DNA from: Atractiella rhizophila
Lineage: Eukaryota
Length of the DNA stretch: 64,000 bases
Direction of reading: 5' to 3'
Assembly (NCBI GenBank): GCA_021432655.1
Contig: MU271278.1
Location: 1-64,000, forward strand
In this document: in pieces, positions 52,001 to 64,000 of the stretch
Layout: each line of letters opens with the position of its first letter
How positions within the stretch are numbered: position 1 is the first letter of the stretch
Position numbers and translations under genes: made by a program
The notes under the pieces: generated by a model
What the model saw: only the letters and a program-made list of their open reading frames with translations
Told to the model about the DNA's origin: nothing
Databases searched by the model: none

Positions 52001-53509
52001 TCCATGGGAAAGATTGATTTTCGATGCGGAAGGAACGAGGAAGCGCTGGAGCGATTCAAGGAGGCAGAGGAGCTGTATATCACCATGGGAGATCCACAGG
52101 GGAGAGCAAACTGTGTCCGATCCATGGGGGACAGCAAACTGCGCCCGATCCATGGGAAAGATTGATTTTCGATGTGGAAGGAACGAGGAAGCGCTGGAGC
52201 GATTCAAGGAGGCAGAGGAGCTGTACATCGTGATGGGAAGTACACAGGGGAGAGCAAACTGCATCCAATCCATGGGAAAGATTGATTTTCAATGTGGAAG
52301 GAACGAGGAAGCACTGGAGCGATTCAAGGAGGCAGAGGAGCTGTACATCGCAACTGGAGATCCACAGGGGAGAGCAAACTGCATCCGATCCATGGGAAAG
52401 ATTGATTTTCGATGCGGAAGGAACGAGGAAGCGCTGGAGCGCTTCAAGGAGGCAGAGAAGCTGTACATCACCACGGGAGATCCACAGGGGAGAGCAAACT
52501 GTGTCCGATCCATGGGGGACATTGATTTTCGATGCGCAAGGAACGTGGAAGCACTGGAGCGATTCAAGGAGGCAGAGGAGCTGTACATCGCCATGGGAAG
52601 TACACAGGGGAGAGCAAACTGCATCCAATCCATGGGAAACATTGATTTTCGATGTGGAAGGAATGAGGAAGCGCTGGAGCGATTCAAGGAGGCAGAGGAG
52701 CTGTACATCGCCATGGGAGATCCACAGGGGAGAGCAAACTGCATCCAATCGATGGGAAACATAGATTTTCAATGCGGAAGGAACGAGGAAGCACTGGAGC
52801 GATTCAAGAAGGCAGAGGAGCGGTACATCACCACGGGAGATCCACAGGGGAGAGCAAACTGCATCCAATCCATGGGAAAGATTGATTTTCGATGCGGAAG
52901 GAACGAGGAAGCGCTGGAGCGATTCAAGGAGGCAGAGGAGCTGTACATCACCATGGGAGATCCACAGGGGAGAGCAAACTGCGTCCGATCCATGGGGGAC
53001 ATTGATTTTCGATGCGCAAGGAACATGGAAGCACTGGAGCGATTCAAGGAGGCAGAGGAGCTGTACATCGCCATGGGAAGTACACAGGGGAGAGCAAACT
53101 GCATCCAATCCATGGGAAAGATTGATTTTCAATGTGGAAGGAACGAGGAAGCGCTGGAGCGATTCAAGGAGGCAGAGGAGCTGTACATCGCCACAGGAGA
53201 TCCACAGGGGAGAGCAAACTGCATCCAATCCATGGGAAACATTGATTTTCGATGTGGAAGGAACGAGGAAGCGCTGGAGCGATTCAAGGAGGCAGAGGAG
53301 CTGTACATCTTGCGACGGGTACAAAGAGTACACTTGGTAGAGCAAACTGCATCCAATCCATGGGAAACATGGATTTTCAATGCAGAAGGAACGAGGAAGC
53401 GCTGGAGCGATTCAAGAAGGCACAGCAGTTCTATCTCAAGGCAGGAGATCAACATGGTAGCGCCTACTGCCTTGATCGCATCACGGATATCAAGGCAGGC
53501 TGTGGGTAG
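49064..53509 (+). CDS. Fungal NLR: patatin-like domain + NB-ARC (STAND) NTPase + TPR repeat array; intronless, two frameshifts in the array
   Basis: LRILSIDNGG, PCQFFDLICGTSTGG and AARATSAEPTFF (patatin); GRTKEI, GLAGNGKS (Walker A), LLILDNFE (Walker B) and LDYHPLSI; 40-aa GRANC...EALERFKEAEELY repeats. Main ORF stops at 52165; repeats continue in other frames to 53509. Confidence 0.93.
51860..53460 (+). repeat. Tandem array of ~13 x 120-bp TPR-coding units
   Basis: The anchor agca(a/g)a(c/t)tg occurs at 51865, 51985, 52105/52133, then every 120 nt from 52253 to 53213, then 53341. Confidence 0.98.
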
Positions 53510-54962
53510 ACTGTATGAACGACGGCACAAGGAACAATTCATGACTCCATTGTGAGTCATGTTTTATATTCCACGTTATGTGCTTGGTTAAACATTGACC
53601 TTGCTCCATTGTTATAGTTCTGTAGGCAAAGCACTGATATACATGCGGACTGGTACAAAGAGAACTTTCAAGCTAAGTGAAGAAATGCCAAGAATTGATT
53701 CACGGCCGACTCCATGTACAAGAGAGAAATTGGAGGAAATTATGAATTACTCTTCAGCCACGCTTCTTAATAAATGCAGACACCCTGATCATAACTGAAG
53801 TACATCGTCTTTAAGATCATGAAATCTATCAGGCTTGTCCTTGTGCATTGGCAAGCAATAGTACACATCTCTTAGGGTTAGGGATAAAGGTGGGACCGAC
53901 ATCAGCTGTAGAGGATAGAACCATCCGAGTCTAACAAAGTGGGACTCCAAAGCAAACCAAAGACAAAACAGTCACAGAGTAGCTTCTTCCTTCTTGATAT
54001 GTTCCTCTCAGAACTTCCAACAGTAAATAACTAAGAGCAGGAGAGGGAAGGGGTGATAGGAGGATGTGAGATGACAGGTTCCACCAGAAGGCAAGACTGG
54101 CTAGATGCTGTTTCGCTAAGGCTTCTTCAGTTCTGGTCATGGCGAAGGCTCCTAGAGTGGTGCTCTAAGTTGTTTATAAGTGAAGGAATTGGTGGGGATT
54201 TCCCATCGCATTGTGCAGAGTTGTTATCTACGCTTCAGTGTAGACTGAGGTTCTTTCTTGTCTTTTCTTATTTGTTCCAATGTTGAGTCCCTGGAAAAAC
54301 CAATGGTCCGGAATAGTGTTTCACTGGTGGTCATGGTGTTAGAATATGGTGGGCTTAGGGGCTGGTGTTTGTATGGTACCAGGATGGTGTGGAGAGAGAA
54401 AATGTGTGGAATATTTGTGAAATAAAATGGGATTGATCATGATGAGTTGAAAAATTCAATAAATTGAATAGCTGTGGACAAATAGGAACAACCCAAACTA
54501 CAGAAATATCATATACTGAAACAATAGAACGAACAAGTTGCAACACAATCCAGCCAAAATATCCAGCCAAATAGTTGCAAGATGGAAGATAGTGAGGCTA
54601 GTGCAGTTACATATGAAGACGGTAGATGCAAAGGCTCGCTCTGTATTCAGTATATATGGTGTATTATCCAAGCTCCATTTTGACATCTCCTATTTATACT
54701 TCTCTGTGGTATGAAAACCATACATGGATACCTCTCTAAATGGAAACCTTATGAGCTGTGCTATTCTACACGTGTCCTATAACTCTTTGTAGCAGGACAA
54801 ACTTTCTTACAGTGCATCAGAATGAAATGCAAGTCAGTGCATTGATCATTCGAGCACCCTTCAGCCAGTTACAGATGGCTTGATGGAGCAAGGTCAGACG
54901 ACTAGCAAATGCGGCAGGGATTGCTACGGAAGGTGTGCTCTAACATTAATATATAATTCTTA

Positions 54963-56100
54963 CTAGACTTCTTCATCTGAATCTTCCTCCGCAGGTTCCG
55001 CCGTCTCCTCTTCTTCTCCTACATCCTGATGAATATCAATGTCCAATGGTGGCTGCATTGTTAAATTAATGTTGGTGCAGTGTCGATGCAGGATGTATGT
55101 GTCGTAGTTGATGTTAAAGATGTCAATCATGTTCTGAATGCATGTCAAGGGAACAATTCCCCATTGCGCTGCTGAATCAAGCCTTGATCATACTCTGGTA
55201 TGGGGTCTTGACCTCATCATAGTACTGAACAACTCCAACGCTTCGTTTGACACTCCATTTGGACTTTGGTTGTAGAGATACCTGAAGGAAGCAGTGGACT
55301 TCACGAAAAATAGGTTGACCATCCATCAAGAATGCCTGTGAAGCTCTTATCAGATTGTTCTCTTTTCTGAATCTAACTACATGCCTGCATGCGCCCATAC
55401 GACTGAGTAGCTTTGATATTTCCTCTCTCCTGATATCTTGAGTGGATGAGATCACAATTCTCCATCTAGCCTTTCCCCACTGAGTCCAGACAGCAGCCAT
55501 CTCTTCAAATTCTGCATCATTGTTGGGAATTTCAAGGCCCAGCTCGTACAGTAGTCCTTGAGGGTGATGAGTGCCTTAACCCAATCCTCCTTCTCTTCTC
55601 CTTGAACTCTGATGTAAGGAGAGGTCCAGTTTGTTCCTACCAAAGAGAGACCAAACTTCGCGTTACGTTCCGGCCAAGCCTTTGAAGAGGTGAAGCCAAA
55701 GTTATACTTGTTGGAAGGGTAGAGAATGTCAACAATGTTGAGTTGCTCCTATGGATCATGTTCTGCATCAGGTTTTCGAAATACTTAGCGTTCTGAGTAA
55801 TAGATTCCTTGCTCTGACCAATAATATGCTCACAAGGAAGTTGGAAGATGAGAATCGAGGGGCCATGGTTGCGTATATTAAGGGGGAGATGGGAGGCGGA
55901 ATGAAAGTTCCTAGTTTATGCGATCAATGTTTTCAGCAACGTCTCGGTACAGGTGCTCAAAATTGATAGCCCATTCGTTGAAGTAAAGTTGTATGGCTTT
56001 GACCTCTGCTTCAGAACCTTCGTGCTTCCAAGCCACCGGAAGCCTTGAATGAAGGTGTTCCAATGGTTGATGTCCGATATTTTAAGGGTCCTGTGACCTA
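54963..56100 (-). mobile_element. Degenerate CACTA/EnSpm-like transposase remnant
   Basis: TRNFHSASHLPLNIRNHGPSILIFQLPCEHIIG (about 55820-55915) resembles the NxHxxxHL...GP...F/WxFxxER motif. Downstream WTQWGK and FREVHCFLQV and an acidic tail; stops and frameshifts present. Confidence 0.55.
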
Positions 56101-56254
56101 GTTCATCAACTTCTACTTGAATTTAAATCAGACGATAATCTTTTACTTTATGTTGATATGTTGGGTTTAATTTACACCATGACCTGTGGAACCAAGAAGG
56201 ATATCTCAGATGGGATCCCAAAGCGGAAGAACTGCTAATGAGTTTAACAGAGGT

Positions 56255-56810
56255 GGGGTTAGTCCTAAGGTCAGAATAGGGAGTGATCACCTGGTCCACA
56301 AGGGTGTCAGGCTTGCCCCTATGCATTACTGAAATGCACCATTTGATGTCATGTGACCTACTTTACTACGTCGTAGGAACACATGCCTACACTTCGCCGC
56401 TTTGCGCACGTTTGCGCTGACCGCCGCCTTCCCCCATCTCACACGAATCGCCGCTCAGCAAACCTTATACATTTCGCCGGTCTGCACCGTCGTCTTTATT
56501 GCCTTATTAACCTTTCTCACTTGTACTGCTCAGTATGTCTTATTTCCGAGTATTCCCTTTAGTGCTTTCCTGATCTAGCTATCTTACATGTTTCAAGAAA
56601 CGTATGTTACAGTTTATGGCAGTGCCTTCGCATATGTATATATACATTGAGATGTAGTGGTGGTGACCTCAGAGTATTCTCTTAGGTTTACCTCCACTAC
56701 AGGTTAGTCTTCTCATGCTATACTATCCACTTAGGTTTACCTCCACTACAGACGCATCGCCCGTCGGCGACCGCACATAGTGTCAGCCCTAACCAAGGGT
56801 TTGTTAACGT
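56255..56810. repeat. LTR-like non-coding segment with internal 22-bp direct repeat
   Basis: Purine tract agaggtgggg just upstream, TATATA box-like run, and cttaggtttacctccactacag at 56681-56702 and 56730-56751. No partner LTR in the window. Confidence 0.35.
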
Positions 56811-56814
56811 GATG

Positions 56815-59114
56815 GCTGATGACCTAGTAAAGCGATGCTTAATCTCCCACGCCCCAGAGGTGAATCACGGTTCTGATCACCTCCCCTTACTCATGATCTT
56901 CAACCTGGAGAAGATCGACCCACCTGGATGGGTCAGATTTAATCTGGCTAAGGCAGACTGGGACCAGATGAGAGGACATTGAAGCCTGTTTGAAGGGTTT
57001 TTCCTTTGAATGAAAAAGCCCTTTGAACCATGAAGAAGACGTTGAAATAGCAATTGAGTACCTTACTTCTTCCATCCAATCAGTCCTAGAGGTGTCAACC
57101 AAGAAAGCGAAGAATTCAAAGTTTTCTAAGAGGTGGTGGGATGAGGAACTCACAGGTCTCTGTGCGAATGCTAGCAGGCAAAGGAACAGGTTCCAGAAGA
57201 TGAAAAGCGAAGGGGATTATACATTGCGGGAGAGTTCCCTTCAGACCTTTTGACGTGGGGGTCAAAGCGTGAAAGTGCTCGCACTGAAACAGTTTCCTAG
57301 CCAGCTGAGATGAGCAGACACTCGGACTGCTTCATCGTACACTAAACACAAGATCCGTGAGAGACAAATCCCGCCACTTCAGAATCCCGACAATTCCTTC
57401 ACTTTTGATAACAAGGGAAATGTGGCGCGGCCCCACAACACCTGCAGCACCTCGCACCCCAATCCCAAACTAGATGACTTACAGCCAGAAAGACCGATGA
57501 GCATAGACTGGTTACACTTCAGCAAAAATCGAAATCCAGGAGCTGGATCAATATATCGAAAATGTAAAAAGAAAGTCAGCACCAGGGAATGATGGAATCT
57601 CTAACTGGGTTCCTCAAAGAACTATGGCCTAACAGCAGGGAAGTACTTTTCCATATTCTTATTTCATGTTACGCTCTGTCTTATTATCTACAAAAGTGGA
57701 AATGTTTCTTCACAGCGATATTAAAAAAGCCCAAAAAACCGGATTACTTCATTCCCAAAGCCTACCGCTTGATCTTCTGAAGTGGCTTGCTATAGTTTTT
57801 GATGGAGTTCTAGCTGCAAAACTCACCTTCTATGATGAAAAGCATCTCCTCCTACCAAAACCAGCACTTCGGAGGTAGATCTGGTCACAGCATGACTGAC
57901 ACTCTTTTCTTAGTAGTTGGGTTTATTATGAAGGGTTGGTAAAAGGGATAAGTGACTGCTGCTGTGTTTCTCGACGTGAAAGGTGCCTTCCCCTCCATTA
58001 TTCCAGCAGGCTAGTTGATGACCTCCAGAAGGTGAAGGTCGACCCATGCTTCTGTGACTTGGTTCCTTCATGGCTTGTGGGACGATCCACCTCCTACTCA
58101 TTCGATGGCTTCACCTCTTCTCAACTACCCATCAGGATCGGCCTGGTCCAGGGCTCCGCGCTTTCTCCTACCCTTTACTTATTCTATAATGCCTCCTTGC
58201 TCAAGATAGCATCCCAATGACATTCCCTATCGGCTGGCTTTATTGACGAGGTGTTCTACTTGAATAGGTCGTTGTAAGTAGTGCTAGCTATGAGGGGACT
58301 TGAAAAGATGCTTGATGAGGCAGAGGAGTGGAGGAGCTCTCATGGAGCACTATCTGAGATAGACAAATCTAAGTTTGTCATCTTTACTCACAAATGCCGA
58401 AGGATAACTAACTTCGGTCTGGAGGTGAAAGACTGGATATGTCTGACAACGTAAATCTCCTTGGTATCATTCTCAACAAGGAGCTCCGCTGGAAGCCTCA
58501 ACTCTCTCCCACGAGGAGAAGGAAAGAAAGTGCCCGATGACGATCAGGTCACTAGCTAAGGCCTCTGAAAGCATTCCACTAGCTCAGTTCCATCGCCTCT
58601 ACATCTCTATAGTCTGTGACGCCACCGACTATGCCGCTGTTTTATGGCATCGCCCTCATACCCATTCTGCTATCGTCAGAAGGCTGGAAGTCCTACACCA
58701 CATGGCCCAACGAATAATGCTGGGAACCTTTAAGTCCACCACCATATCTACACTCTGCTTTGACTCCAACCTTCTCGATGCCCTTGTTTGCCTCGACAAG
58801 CTAGTCCTCCACTATGCTCTCTGCCTACCTACCTTCCTGACTCTAACGAGTGCTGGAGCTCTGGCTCACACCTGCAGGATTTCTTTATGAATAAGTTCCC
58901 TTCCCCGCTTCACCACATTGTTCACTCTTCCAACATCTCCTTCTCTTCTGGCCTTGAGATCCTAAGCCCTCTTCCCCTCCCCCTGACTTGCTCCCATTCT
59001 TCACCACCTTGATACCTGACTCTAAGGAACTCGCACTTGAAGCGTACAACAAGATTTCTAACAACAGAACAGATCTTCATATATTTGTTGATGGTTCTAG
59101 TGGTGATGGAGGAG
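56815..59114 (+). mobile_element. Degenerate non-LTR retrotransposon (Tad1-like LINE) ORF2, 5' part
   Basis: HGSDHLP (end of APE endonuclease), RWWDEEL, KKPKKPDYFIPKAYRLI, FLDVKGAF, GLVQGSALSPTLYLFYN, LLGIILNKELRWK, DYAAVLWH, and RNase H start IFVDGS; many stops. Confidence 0.9.
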
Positions 59115-62100
59115 AGGAGAGATGAGATCAACCAAGATCTTTTGCCAGTTCCTTTCTGGGATTGATTAGGACGTAATTTTCCAACAGGCTTTGAAGGGAA
59201 AGTCTTAGCTCTGTTACAGATGTCACACCCTTTGACATAGTGTGAAATCATCCTGCCCATCCCAGGCCACCAATGGCTTCTTGATACTAATTCCTGAGTC
59301 TTATGGTGTCCTCCATGTCCTGCTATAGGCATAGCATGATGCATCAAAATGATGTCACGTCAAAGAGAGTCGTCCTTAGCCATATAAATCTTGCCATGAA
59401 ATCTGAAGAATCCATCCTCCTCCACCTTCCATTCTTCTCCTCTAAGTACCTTGTTGCTTGCTTCCTTTAATTCCTTAACTGCCTTTACAACAGCTTCACC
59501 CTTCTCATCTACCTTTCTGATTCTGTCCAACAGTTCTTCTGATTCTTTACCCCACACCAAGATTGCAGCTGGTCCCTCAGCACGTAATATGTAATGCCCA
59601 GGAAACCATTGATTTGCCTGAATGAAATACTTCTCTGGTAGAAGCACCATGTCCTCATTGTCGTTGGATCCATCATAATGATCAGCACACCTTGAGAGAG
59701 CATCTGGTTTAGCTGAACTTTTCCCTGGTCGATGTTGGAGAATAAAGTTGAATCTAGAGAGGTACAGGAGCTAATGAGCTTGATGATGATTGAGTTCCTG
59801 AGCTTCCTTAAAGTACTGAAGCACCTTGTGGTCAGTGAGGATGGTGATGGGGATAGGTTGTTTGAAGCAGATATCTCCATTCTTCTAAAGCTCTGATGAT
59901 CGATAACATCTCCTTGTCATAGATTTCATAGTTGTGTTCAGCTAGGATGGCAATAGGATGATACTTTCCATCGTCCTTCTTCTGAGACGGAATAGCACCA
60001 AGAGCATAACCAGAGCTATTGGCTTCAATAAAATAAGGCTTGTCATCTTCAGGATATGAAAGGACAGGTACTGAAACGACTGCTCTCTGAGTCTGAGGTT
60101 GTCAAAATGCAGCCTGCTGTTGCTGTTGTCAATGAAAGAGGGCACTGTTTTGTAAAAGGTCATGGAGGAGATGAGCAATAGAAGAGAAATCCTTGATGAA
60201 TTGACGGTAAAATTGAGTGAATCTGATAAAAGATTGGACTTCCTTGAGGTTCCTTGGAGTTGGCCATTCCATCACTCCAGTAACTTTTACTGGGTCCATC
60301 TTGATTTCAGTTCCAGAGAGTATGTATCTGAGGTGTCCGATTTCTGATTTGAGGAATTCACACTTCTCCAGCTTCAGGCAAAGCCCATTTTCTCGAAAGT
60401 GTCGACAGATTTCAGTCACTAGTTCTTGGTTCCTTTCTGCTGACACAGTGTGGGTCAGAACATCATCAATATAGACTTCCACTTCACCAGCTAAGATGAG
60501 ATCCTAGAGAATTTCCGTCATCATAGTCTGGAATGTGCCTGGAGTATTGCATAGACTGTAAAACATGACCAGAGGTTCAAAGAGGCCACAATTGGTGAGA
60601 AAGGCGACCCCGTGCTCGTCTCATCCCATCGAATATTGAGCTTGCTGAAGACCTTCTTTTGCTGATTCGTTTGATGAGATCACTGAGAAGGGGGATAGGA
60701 TACCGATTCTTGATTGTCATGTTGTTGCTTTTCTGATAGTCTTGAATCAGTCAAAGCTCTTTCCCATCCTTCTTGTTGATGAAGAAGACTGGATGGATAC
60801 CCATGTTCTCTTTTCCCATCACATATCTTCTCACATGCCAAGTTCTTCACCAGAAATTATCTAACTCTCCTTGCTCATTCTTTGACATAGGGTACACCCA
60901 AATCTTGTAAGCTACTGCTCCTTCTTTGAGGTCAATAGCATGATCCCACTTCCTTTGTTCTAGGAGTTTCTCAAATTCCTTCTCATCAAAAACATCTGAA
61001 AATTGTTGAAGCCATTTGGGTAAGTCCATAGTAGGTTTGTTGGGTTGTTTGGCCACTACTTCTTGAGCAAGATGCTGAGTTATTAAGGTTGTAGCAGAGA
61101 TGTAAAGGGGAGATTCGTGGTGAGGTGAATCGAGGTCAGCTAAGAAGACAAATTCATCGAGCCATGGGAAGTTGAGCGTTGATCCATTCCTTTCATATTT
61201 CTTTGGCCTCTATACTATCCAGCTTTATTTTGGTGCCACAGTTGGTAGGACAGCAATTGAGTTTGATGTTTCCTTGTTTCCGGTCATTTGACAGATTGTT
61301 TTGAAAAAGCCAGTCATATCCTAGGATTGGGTCCACAGGTCCAATTTCACAGATAGTGAAAGCCCTTCTTTCTGAGTGATCCTTGTTGAGAAGACGAAGG
61401 TCCATCATCTTGTCCACTGATCCCCCTGAGTTCAGAGCACAATCAATGTTATAAACTGGGATAGAATGTTATAAACTGGGATAGGCAATGTAATCTTCAA
61501 GCAGTTTCTTCCCCCTGCTTAAGTATAGATTGTTTGTGCCTTTCTGTAGCTGCTCAATCTGGATCCACAAAGAGTGTTCAAATTTGATTATGAAAGGTTT
61601 GACAATCAGGGAGGACAGCGCTAAAGTTGGTGTTAGGAGATTGAATAGCATGAACTTTGATTTTGGTCCATTCTGTTGCTGGCCCCTCGGTCATGAAGGT
61701 AAGGGCAAACAGTATCTTGGATCGATCCGTTGGAATTCTGATAGAAAAGCCTCAAATCAGAGATATATTGACTAAATAAAATGGTCAGTGTTAGCACGAG
61801 TTCCATCAAAAGGTTTAGGCTTGTTAGATTTGACTTTTGAGCTAATATGATAGAGCGTTGTTGGAGTGTTGGAGCAAAGGGTGGCCATTTCTGAAACCAA
61901 TTCTTCAATTCTTCTATCCCTTTGGTCTCTTCCTCCTATGCTGCATTCGCCAAACCAAGATAAGTTTGACTTAAGAATTAACTCTTTCACTTTTATATTC
62001 CATCTTGAGGGCCTCCATATCTTTCTTCAGTCTTATAACTTCATTTTGGAGCGTATTTCCTTCAGCTAAGAGTTGATTGATGTAACCCTTGAGCTGTTCT

Positions 62101-62500
62101 GAGGAAGCTGTTTGGATATTGAATGATTGGTCTGCCATGGCATTAATAAGAGTAAAGGGGTGGAGAGGAATGGTGGTTGGAAAAGGAAGATTGGTTCTGC
62201 AATTATGGCTGACACTCTGTAAGGCTATTGAGTAGGGGGCTGCCAAGTAGAGTGGATATCCTAAGAGAACCAATCTAGATATCTCACTCTATTGGTAGGG
62301 ATATACATAAGCAGACAGCCACAAGTTCCAGAATGCTCCAGCATATTCTACCATTAACTCTATTTGCCACATGCCTGATAGAACCTTCTAGACCATTTGC
62401 CACATATTCCAGAATGTGAGTCATGCTCCATGAGCAAACCCTGACAGGAAAGGGACATGCCAATAAGTCCCAGATCAGCACAGTCAGATGGTGCGAGCAG
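59111..62500 (-). mobile_element. Degenerate Ty3/gypsy LTR retrotransposon (gag-PR-RT-RH-IN zinc finger)
   Basis: KPKPFDGTR (gag), ILGYDWL (protease), WDHAIDL, GLFEPLVM, VYIDDVL, KLEKCEF, WPTPRNLKEVQSF, and HH...GHGG...HWWPGM...CDICNRAK (integrase HHCC). Confidence 0.93.
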
Positions 62501-62512
62501 CAGAGATTGTTA

Positions 62513-63540
62513 ATTTTTTTTTGAAAATCTCTTTCCTATTAATGAGCTTTTTGGACCTGAAGGTCATGAAGCTCTCCATCGAGATATGTAGAAAACATGG
62601 AACTGCGGGTGGTCGCCATCTCCTTTAACCCTCCTTTTCTCCCTGCAACGACACCTCCTGCCTGCTCCTCTCCAATCCCATGGTCCCTTACAAGGTGATG
62701 TGTTCGCCTGCATTTTGCATGGCAACTAAGATGGCTGGGTGAGAGACAAAACTCCTTGGAGGAAAGGTTTTGATGCAATGCTTGATTACAGCTGTTGTAA
62801 AGGGTTGTTAGATGCGTGTTTCATAAAGGGGAATAAAAGAAGTAGAAATACAATGAATACATGAAAGACAATGTGGAAGAAAGAAAGGGCTGTTTAAAAG
62901 AACGAATAAAAGGCAGTGAAAAGGAAGACCAAAATTTAAAGGGTTAAAGAGAAGGATTCAGAAAGGCTTAACTTTAAAATTGTGCCGTCGTGAGGGGAGA
63001 GAATAGTCCATCTTATCGTACTCCAACCCAGATGCCAGACGGTAGGGAAGCATCATGCTCCTTCTTCTTATGTCTAAGGACCCTCTCAGTTGCACAAGCG
63101 TGGATGGGAAACCTCCTAGATGCACGGATAAACTTCCATAGCGGTGGAAGGTGTCAGAGTTGGAGAGGACTGTGGTGTAGCTCGTAAGGCATACACCTAC
63201 TTTGGCCAAGTTCGCCTTAAAGATGTTGCGGTGTCTCCTGTATCTCCCACATGCCAAAAGGTAGTGCTTGACCATCTCACGGGAACGACAAAACTCACAG
63301 AGAGGGCCTCCTGCACCTTTCTAGTAGTCCCTGAGGCCAATGCGCCTGATCCTAGCTGGCGCTTTGACTGTCCGAGAAAATGACCACATTAGGAGGGAAG
63401 ACTTCGTCTTGTGACAGGCATCCTCGTGTGACTCTGATGGCTGTCAACTCCACCTTGAAGACTGAGTTCCTTCCTGCTTCTTCCAGCCTGACATATCCTC
63501 TCCATCCCAACTCCAACTCCATTGTGGCTGCTCTCACTCC
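62513..63540 (-). mobile_element. 3' part of the LINE (RNase H remainder, C-terminal Cys/His motif, T-rich 3' UTR), inverted
   Basis: SVFKVELTAI, VVIFSDSQSA, VKHYLLACGRY; pyrimidine-rich 3' region and a short A-run near 62515. Confidence 0.8.
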
Positions 63541-64000
63541 CAGAATCCCAAGGTTATGACGCTATCCTGGTAGTAGTCGATAGACGTTCAAAACAGTCAC
63601 ATATGATCAAAGCCTCTTCAACCATGGACTCCTTAGGATTGGCAAAACTCTTTTGCGATCACATCTGGAAGCTCCATGGCCTCCCAGAAGAGATAATTTG
63701 AGATCGAGGATAGGAATTCATCTCAGACTTCACCACAGCCCTCTATGTACTTCTTGGCATTCAAGCAGCTTCATCAATAGCATAACATCCTCAAACTGAT
63801 GGTCAAACTGAGCAAGTCGATTAAGAGATAGAGACGTACCTTCGGATTTTCATCAACTATCGACAGAATGACTGGGTAGGATGGCTGCCTATTGCACAGT
63901 TCTGCTACAACAATCAAGTTCACTCCTCCACTAGTCAGACTCCCTTCAGATTTAACACTGGTCAGAACTTGAAGATCCACCTCCAACATGATGATGATGA
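63537..64000 (+). mobile_element. Ty3/gypsy integrase core (continuation of the 59111-62500 element)
   Basis: LPESQGYDAILVVVDR, IWKLHGLPEEII.DRG, HPQTDGQTE, WLPIAQFCYNNQVHSSTSQTPF. Confidence 0.93.

Noticed and set aside
51860..53460. Repeat array as a CRISPR or non-coding satellite
   Set aside because: Units are contiguous 120-bp coding repeats without unique spacers, in a eukaryotic gene.
51799..53560. Long antisense and alternate-frame ORFs over the TPR array
   Set aside because: By-products of a stop-poor tandem repeat; no independent domain signal.
53907..54380. Solo LTR (TG...CA bounded)
   Set aside because: No target-site duplication or second copy in the window.
61445..61484. 20-bp tandem duplication aatgttataaactgggatag
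   Set aside because: Real but a trivial slippage event in a dead retrotransposon.

Overview
Eukaryotic, intron-rich fungal DNA. Most introns are about 50-60 nt GT-AG with CTRAC-like branch sites, and the gene content suggests a basidiomycete (inference). The first ~48 kb is gene-dense: an MFS transporter, TDG/Mug glycosylase, HSD10-like SDR, DUF6533- and DUF4336-like proteins, DERA, a degenerate CE2-like SGNH protein, a C2H2 transcription factor, MTG1, ornithine aminotransferase, a RING/TRAF-finger protein, an isochorismatase, COX10, an RNase III with two dsRBDs, ATG22, a paladin-like triple PTP-domain protein, an HNH-like gene and arginyl-tRNA synthetase. This part also holds a TA-flanked MITE and a 25-N scaffold gap. 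At 49-53.5 kb is an intronless fungal NLR (patatin-like / NB-ARC / ~13 near-identical 120-bp TPR repeats) with an apparently dead patatin active site and two frameshifts inside the repeat array. The last 10 kb holds decayed transposons (CACTA-like, LINE, Ty3/gypsy) and a 4.4-kb inversion that can be mapped to the base. Other notable signals are an in-frame GUG-initiated mitochondrial presequence on ArgRS inside an exact 98-bp tandem duplication, a duplicated 5' paladin segment fused to an orphan post-SET (histone methyltransferase) C-terminus, and a 1-nt frameshift in the second dsRBD of the RNase III. All gene models and family calls were made by eye from motifs; no database searches were run.
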